A stretch of DNA of 64,000 bases, taken from assembly GCA_964365305.1 (NCBI GenBank), contig CAYIPG010000001.1, forward strand, positions 2,214-66,213, read 5' to 3'. The stretch comes from an uncultured Candidatus Saccharibacteria bacterium. Lineage in GTDB: Bacteria > Patescibacteriota > Minisyncoccia > JACQLN01. The notes under the pieces are model-generated. The model did not search any database and was not told where the DNA came from. It was given only the letters and a program-made list of their open reading frames with translations. Within the stretch, counting starts at the first letter, position 1, and every line of letters begins with the position of its first letter. The translations under genes and the position numbers were made by a program. Below are positions 58,336-64,000 of the stretch, piece by piece.

Positions 58336-59505
58336 TTAAAATATAACATTAATTAAGGCAATTTTGTAACGTTCTATATATTCTTTTTTGGATATAAAAT
58401 TCTGGGATGTCTCTAAAGCATTTTGGGCGAATTCTTTACATTTTTTTTTGTCAATAATTAATTCAATCATTCTACTGGCAAGTATATGACTATTGCCTAC
58501 AGGCACAACAAACCCGTTAATATTATTAATCACTATTTCGTTTGCCGGAGCAACATCCGTCATAATGACAGGCAGTCCGGAAGCGATGGCCTCTGAAGGA
58601 GACCGCGCGCCGCCCTCATAGTTGGATGTTAAAATAAAAAAATCAGCTGTTTTGTAATACGATATTATATCGTTGGTCCATGATTCAAAAATAACATAAT
58701 TTTGTAACTTGTAACTTGTAACTTGTAACTTTAAACCATCCAATTCGGGGCCGTCACCAACAATAAGCAATAATGTTTTTGGATAATCAGTAATTATATC
58801 TTTCATGGCCTTGATAGCCATACCAACATTTTTTTCTTTAGTTAGGCGAGAGGCCATTAATATAATAGGTTCATGTTTTTTATATTTTGTATGGAGATTT
58901 ATTTTGACAGAACCATTTGTAAAACGATCCATATCATATACTATAGGCAAAACAGTAATAGGGTTTAGGGTATGGGGTTTAGGGTATAGCGACAATAAAG
59001 AGTTTTTAATTCGTTCGGAAACTACCCGAAGACAATTTGCTTTCTTTACTAATCGTTGAGCCATTAAAACACGGACTTTATTCTTCAATGATTCTCGCCA
59101 AAAATACGGGCTTAAAAAATCGGTGTGGATCTGGATTTGCAGTGGTAATTTAAATTTTTTCTTTAATAGATAACCCACCCAACCGGTTTCAAAAGGATCC
59201 TGGGTGGTGATTACACAATTTCTAATTTCCCCACCTTCGCTAAAACTTCGGCGGGCGAGTAATTTTAAATTTCTAAGTATACCGCTAGAAATTTTGTAAG
59301 CGTCCCAAAAGTAAAATAGGTTGATCTTGGTATTGGTGGGATATAAAAAAACATTACTAAAGTTTTGCGTTTTTAGTTTTGCGTTTTTAGTTTTTATTAC
59401 TATATGTAGCTCTTCCACCAAACCGCCATAGTCCGCCATTCTTTGGCGGACTTCTGATCCTTCAACAAATATATTCTTATCAGTAGACAACATTAAGACC
59501 TTCAT
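58336..59505 (-). CDS. GT4 glycosyltransferase
   Basis: SRLTKEK, GDGP, YEGG...EAIASGLP. Confidence 0.9.
   Translation of the reverse strand: MKVLMLSTDKNIFVEGSEVRQRMADYGGLVEELHIVIKTKNAKLKTQNFSNVFLYPTNTKINLFYFWDAYKISSGILRNLKLLARRSFSEGGEIRNCVITTQDPFETGWVGYLLKKKFKLPLQIQIHTDFLSPYFWRESLKNKVRVLMAQRLVKKANCLRVVSERIKNSLLSLYPKPHTLNPITVLPIVYDMDRFTNGSVKINLHTKYKKHEPIILMASRLTKEKNVGMAIKAMKDIITDYPKTLLLIVGDGPELDGLKLQVTSYKLQNYVIFESWTNDIISYYKTADFFILTSNYEGGARSPSEAIASGLPVIMTDVAPANEIVINNINGFVVPVGNSHILASRMIELIIDKKKCKEFAQNALETSQNFISKKEYIERYKIALINVIF
59230..59259. repeat. 30-bp GC-rich in-frame insert
   Basis: cccaccttcgctaaaacttcggcgggcgag between taatttc-like heptamers; encodes LARRSFSEGG. Confidence 0.65.
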
Positions 59506-60140
59506 TTTTCTAAAATAAAAAACAATCTATAACCATCCAAAACCGGCCGTATTTTTTTAACCGATTTAAAATTATTTTTTAAAATTTTTACTATTCTACC
59601 CAGCCGATATTTATAACCGTCTATTTCCCAGTAATGTTGGCCAGAACTGGCAAAACCCCTAAAAAACCAAGGAAATCTAAGGAAAAACACCAAAAAATTA
59701 CTTTTAAAAATTGTTCTAATTCCAGGAAACTTAAAAACAAATTCAAAACCGGAAGAACGGTAGGGTAAAGAAATAATTACATTTTTTTTACTGACCCTTT
59801 TTAATTCCATAAGAGTTCTCTCAAAGTCCTCCCACGGCAAATGTTCAAGAACTTCAAAAGTAGTCACAACATCAAAACTACTGCTTTCAAACGGCAAGTT
59901 TCTAACATCCGCGATAACATCTGAATTCAAATCTTTGTCTATATCGCAAGTAATAACTTCCAAACCAGTGGATTTTAAATAAGCCGAAGTGATATTTACC
60001 CCAACTCCAACTTCTAAAACTTTACCAGAATTTCCAACCAAATCGGACACTAAACTGGTCTGATAATAATACGAAATAAATCTTTCCAAAGAGTTATATT
60101 TTTTTCTAAAATAGTGTGACTTTTTAACTTGTGTGTCCAT
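59502..60140 (-). CDS. Class I SAM-dependent methyltransferase
   Basis: VLEVGVG, FDVVTTFEVLEH, HYWE. Confidence 0.88.
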   Translation of the reverse strand: MDTQVKKSHYFRKKYNSLERFISYYYQTSLVSDLVGNSGKVLEVGVGVNITSAYLKSTGLEVITCDIDKDLNSDVIADVRNLPFESSSFDVVTTFEVLEHLPWEDFERTLMELKRVSKKNVIISLPYRSSGFEFVFKFPGIRTIFKSNFLVFFLRFPWFFRGFASSGQHYWEIDGYKYRLGRIVKILKNNFKSVKKIRPVLDGYRLFFILEK

Positions 60141-60141
60141 C

Positions 60142-62370
60142 TTATTTATTTAATATCTCTAGCAAATTACTAATAGTTCTTTCTATGGAAAAATCTCTGG
60201 ATCTAACCAAGGCATTCTGGGACAATTTCTCTCTTAAAAAATTGTTCTCGTTTATCTTTTTAATAGCGTCCACAAACTCTTCTTTATTATTTGGAGCAAG
60301 TAATATCCCATCAAAACCGTTAGTGATGATTTCTGATATGTTGCCGATATTAGTGGTTACAACCGGCAAACCCAGACCCATCGCCTCTACTATTTGAAAC
60401 GAAAAACTCTCAAAAGAAGTATTGAGAACAAATATGCTGGTCTGTTCTAAATACTCTAAAACTTTTTCTCTAGGAACTGCCCCTGTGAGTTCAACACGGT
60501 TCTCCAATTTGTGACTTGAGATTTGTGACTTGAGATTTTCATGCTCTGGTCCATCTCCGATAATTATCAACTTCCACTCCGGCAGATCCAGCATCATGCT
60601 TATAACCATATCAAACCCCTTCCACGGCACAAGCCGACCAACTGAAACAATGATCTTGTTCTCTCGATGATTTGAGGTTTGAGATTTGAGGTTTGAGGTT
60701 TTCACGCCATTGTATATCGTTATTACTTTGTCTGGATTCTTGACCCAACCCGATACTAGTTTTCTAAAATACTGGCTCGGGGTAATAACCGTGTCGGCGT
60801 GACCAACCACAAATTTCTGAACCTTTCTTAAAAATTCAACCCTAAAACCATATTTATTTTTTTGAAAATCATCAATGGAGTCATTTACACCAAAACGCTG
60901 AACCGATTGCTCCCACACATAATCGCCCGGCACGCGAATAATGAATTTCTTTCGCGCTAATCTGGTTGCAACAAGAGCCGGCAAGCCGGCGCTGATAGTA
61001 TCTTGCGCCAAAATAACATCGCTAATCAAGGCCTTTTTGAAGCATACCCAAAAATAAACTAGATGCCGTATCCCCTTAGGCAGACCCCTAGAGACCCCAG
61101 ACGGGCCATAAGTGACCACCTTAACCCCCACACCGCGCCGGGGTAACTCTTTAACCAATAGCGAAGCATATGTGGCTGGACCGCCGATATCGGGCGGATA
61201 AATTCCGGTGGCCAAAAGCAGACGAATATCAAAAATTTGTGATTTTAAAAGTTCGCCCATTCTTTTGGAAATACTGTTCCAAGAATAGTTCGAGATAACC
61301 AATTCCCGACCATTTTTAGAAAGTTTCTCCGATAAACCAACATCTGATAATAAAAGTTTTATCTTTTCCGCAAGATCGTTATGATTTTCAATCTCGCAAA
61401 ACAAACCGGTCTCGCCGTCTTTTAGAAAGTCAGTTATACCTCCTACCGGCGTGCCAATGACCGGCAACCCCGCCGCCATGGCTTCTAAAAAAGAGTTGCC
61501 TAAACCTTCGGAACGGGATGGCCGAACAAATATATCGGCTTGAGACAAGTATTGAGGAATTAAGTCGGGGTCAACATGGCCGATAAATTTGACTCTGTCG
61601 GCAACACCTAAGTCAGTGACCAATTTTTCTAGTTTAGACCTGTCGGGACCGTCGCCAATAATTTGTAATTTGTAATTTGTAATTTGTAATTTAGCGCAGG
61701 CCCGAATCAGAATATCAACACCGTTTTTATAAACCAACCGCGAAGTCGTAATAACCGTATAAGCCCCATTGGACTTATAGGTCTTATTGGACTTATAGGC
61801 ATCTAAATTGACTCCATTCGGCACCACTTCTATTGGACATCTAGCGCCGTGCCGTTTAGCAAAATCAACTAGGTGATTGCTGATGGCTTGTATATAATCG
61901 GCTTTCTTGAATATCATCTTCCAGAACGGATAAAATATCCCAATTTTTTTTAGTATATGTTTTTCCGAATCTCCTTCCTGCAAAGTCAACAACATCGGCA
62001 CTCGTGGATACAACAATTTAAAAAACAAAACCCCCAAACCAGCGTAAGCGGCCATGATAGACCACGAAATTTTATATTGATTTTTTCTGTGCAACTTCCC
62101 AGCTAAAAATGCCGATTTAATCGGGAAGGATATTTTACTGCCATCAATTCTAAAAATGCGGACTCTGCCCATAGTTTCTCTGGAGAGGCGGCTCTTATCA
62201 AAACGCAAGGTTATCAAATCAAAATCAAAAGAATCACCCAGACGATCGGTGATTTCTTTAACAGCTATTTCCGCCCCGCCCACCAACGGAAAATAGGCCA
62301 GAGAAAAAATTAAAACCCGCGGCTTTTTTGCCATACCTATAAAACTCTTAGGTCGCGGATTAGATAACAT
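60142..62370 (-). CDS. Tandem double GT4 glycosyltransferase fusion
   Basis: Two complete GT4 units (GGAE...EGLGNSFLEAMA; PPDIGGP...ESFSFQIVEAMG); start likely 62334. Confidence 0.9.
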   Translation of the reverse strand: MLSNPRPKSFIGMAKKPRVLIFSLAYFPLVGGAEIAVKEITDRLGDSFDFDLITLRFDKSRLSRETMGRVRIFRIDGSKISFPIKSAFLAGKLHRKNQYKISWSIMAAYAGLGVLFFKLLYPRVPMLLTLQEGDSEKHILKKIGIFYPFWKMIFKKADYIQAISNHLVDFAKRHGARCPIEVVPNGVNLDAYKSNKTYKSNGAYTVITTSRLVYKNGVDILIRACAKLQITNYKLQIIGDGPDRSKLEKLVTDLGVADRVKFIGHVDPDLIPQYLSQADIFVRPSRSEGLGNSFLEAMAAGLPVIGTPVGGITDFLKDGETGLFCEIENHNDLAEKIKLLLSDVGLSEKLSKNGRELVISNYSWNSISKRMGELLKSQIFDIRLLLATGIYPPDIGGPATYASLLVKELPRRGVGVKVVTYGPSGVSRGLPKGIRHLVYFWVCFKKALISDVILAQDTISAGLPALVATRLARKKFIIRVPGDYVWEQSVQRFGVNDSIDDFQKNKYGFRVEFLRKVQKFVVGHADTVITPSQYFRKLVSGWVKNPDKVITIYNGVKTSNLKSQTSNHRENKIIVSVGRLVPWKGFDMVISMMLDLPEWKLIIIGDGPEHENLKSQISSHKLENRVELTGAVPREKVLEYLEQTSIFVLNTSFESFSFQIVEAMGLGLPVVTTNIGNISEIITNGFDGILLAPNNKEEFVDAIKKINENNFLREKLSQNALVRSRDFSIERTISNLLEILNK

Positions 62371-62379
62371 TCCAAAAAG

Positions 62380-63176
62380 CTATTTTAAGCGGTCTATTTC
62401 TGCCTGTATACCGGCCTGATCGGGCGCTATTTTTAGAACTTCTTGGTAGTACTTTAAAGCATTGGTTTTATCACCTTCATCGCGGTAATAAGAGGCCAGA
62501 TAAAGAACTAAATTAACATCTTTGATTATGTTCATACCCTCCAATAAAACCTTGGGCGTTTCTGATTTTTTGGCCATATAAACATTCTTATAAAAATCAG
62601 CTAATCCCAAGTAATAACCCGGCTGATAAGCATCATTGCTTATGGCTTTTTTAAAACTTGCCTCGGCTTTTTCATTATCATGCAAATAAAAGCCGTAGAG
62701 ATTGCCCAAATTAGCAAAAGATAGACCATTGGAAGGATATAAAATATTGGCATACTCCCAGGCGTCCCGCGCGCCTTCGTAATCGTTAAATGATTTTTTA
62801 ATAACTCCCACCGCGATCCAGTTATCCACCCCGCCAACGCTTATTGGATTTTTATTTAAAACAGAATCCAAAAGAGCCAGGTCTTTTTTTTGCTTGGCAA
62901 TATATTCCTCGGGAGCGCTAAAACCCTGGCCAAAACGAACTTCACCAATGGGGCGGCCGGCGTATCTAGGCAAATCAGGTCCATTGTAGGCGGCAGGGGC
63001 CTGTTGTTTATTGTTTTGATTTAGTTCTTTTTCGTTCGTCGCAGACGCGTCTTTGGAGTTAGGCCCGGAATTCGGAATCGGCGGTGATTTTTTAAATATC
63101 AAGTCCAAAAAAATAATAATCAACACAACCAATATTAATCCAATTCCAATAACAATCTTTTTATTTAATCTAAACA
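62380..63176 (-). CDS. Membrane-anchored TPR protein
   Basis: N-terminal TM; TPR-like helices; start moved to MFRLNKK because 63204 overlaps the terminator. Confidence 0.75.
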
Positions 63177-63202
63177 TGGAATCAATAATAACAAACATGA
63201 CC

Positions 63203-63239
63203 AAAAAAACAACCCCGCCTCTTAAAGAGGCGGGGTTGT
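63203..63239 (-). terminator. Intrinsic terminator
   Basis: acaaccccgcctctt-a-aagaggcggggttgt perfect inverted repeat, T-run on the minus strand. Confidence 0.85.
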
Positions 63240-63287
63240 CCTAACCCTCCGACCGAAGCATCGCATCGGAGCACAAGGTGGTTAGAT

Positions 63288-64000
63288 TTAGTTACTTAAG
63301 GTTAAGGTTTCAGTCACACTAGAGTCCGAATTGGACAGACCCGGGACCAAGAAACCATTAAACCAGTCAATGGCCTGCACACTCATAGCGGTATTGGTCG
63401 CGTTATCAGACCAAATAAAGTCGTCGTCGTCCCAAGCATCCACATTGGCCGCCGTGGTAGCAAACACATAGTTTTTGCCACCGGTCCAGTTATCGCCCGC
63501 CGTCGCTTGCGAAATTGCTGTGTCAGCAGAAGCTGACTGATTCTCGCCATCCTCCGCATTATTCAAACTAGCAAACTGCGCATCGCCCTGCATCTTCACA
63601 GTAATAGCTGGTGTGGAACTAGCTCCCGTAATATCGCCTTTTAACACAAAGTATCTGGTTACACCTGCCGGAATAGATATGGATTCAGTCGTAGCGCTGG
63701 TGGGATTAGTTGGGTTAAAGGTAATGCGAACTTCTTGATCATTCGTGTTGTCTGCCGTGGTGCTGGCGATAGAGGAGAAATCAGACACACCCGAATCATT
63801 CAACAAACCGGAGTTATTGGCATTGCCGCATGAGGCGCTGCTAAAGAGAGCATCGTCGTAGCAGTAGACCTGATAGTTAGATACCCTGAAATCCGATACT
63901 AATGGATCACTCTCACTAATACCATTCTGGAATTCTTGCAGATAACCGCTCACAGATGTTGAAACCAAGAAAGTGAACTTATACAAGCTAATGCCATTCG
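63288..64000 (-). CDS. C-terminal part of a large acidic Ser/Thr/Asn-rich surface (S-layer-like) protein
   Basis: Frame is open to the window edge; beta-rich S/T/D/N composition; strong terminator downstream. Confidence 0.6.
   Translation of the reverse strand, partial: NGISLYKFTFLVSTSVSGYLQEFQNGISESDPLVSDFRVSNYQVYCYDDALFSSASCGNANNSGLLNDSGVSDFSSIASTTADNTNDQEVRITFNPTNPTSATTESISIPAGVTRYFVLKGDITGASSTPAITVKMQGDAQFASLNNAEDGENQSASADTAISQATAGDNWTGGKNYVFATTAANVDAWDDDDFIWSDNATNTAMSVQAIDWFNGFLVPGLSNSDSSVTETLTLSN

Noticed and set aside
58700-61800. Tandem repeats considered as a CRISPR array
   Set aside because: Units are 7-14 bp, contiguous, without spacers, inside CDSs; no cas genes in the window
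1710-63244. Remaining 60-140 aa ORFs overlapping called genes
   Set aside because: Antisense or out-of-frame to motif-supported CDSs, with no independent evidence
63241-63285. Hairpin ctaacc/ggttag with ctccga/tcggag as a tRNA or ncRNA
   Set aside because: Too short, no cloverleaf; most simply a 3' UTR stem before the terminator
1-64000. Alternative genetic code (TGA=Gly, as in Gracilibacteria/Absconditabacteria)
   Set aside because: Genes are full length under code 11 and several end at TGA with ATGA coupling (e.g. 8945, 10204, 11310)

Overview
AT-rich bacterial window, inferred to be Patescibacteria/Parcubacteria (CPR) from the YerC/TrpR-like gene, Thr/Ser-rich secreted proteins and in-frame micro-repeats. 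Almost all of it is one ~60 kb, mostly minus-strand surface-glycan locus. Assembly genes: initiating phosphoglycosyltransferase, Wzx flippase, O-antigen-ligase/O-OTase-TPR, GT4/GT2 enzymes and three GT-C-like membrane proteins. Sugar genes: three NeuB, three NeuA and two NeuC, four paralogous 'SWD[N/K]' TagF-like transferases, seven class I methyltransferase domains, a B12 radical SAM enzyme, SqdB with an APS reductase, and an AcpS-FkbH-ACP-MaoC-SDR cassette. Best candidates for new biology: (1) a Dlt/AlgI-like acylation system probably using glyceryl/lactyl-ACP, whose MBOAT gene is split in two around the donor cassette, leaving the FIYFQF acyl-shuttle end as a separate protein; (2) sqdB+cysH lying between neuC and neuA, suggesting a sulfonated glycan or nonulosonate; (3) frame-preserving GC-rich palindromic inserts inside 7-bp tandem repeats in GT4 genes; (4) a shared TACTTCGAAGTA palindrome on both sides of the TrpR-like gene. 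No rRNA, tRNA, CRISPR array or transposase was recognised. All calls come from reading motifs by eye; no searches were run.
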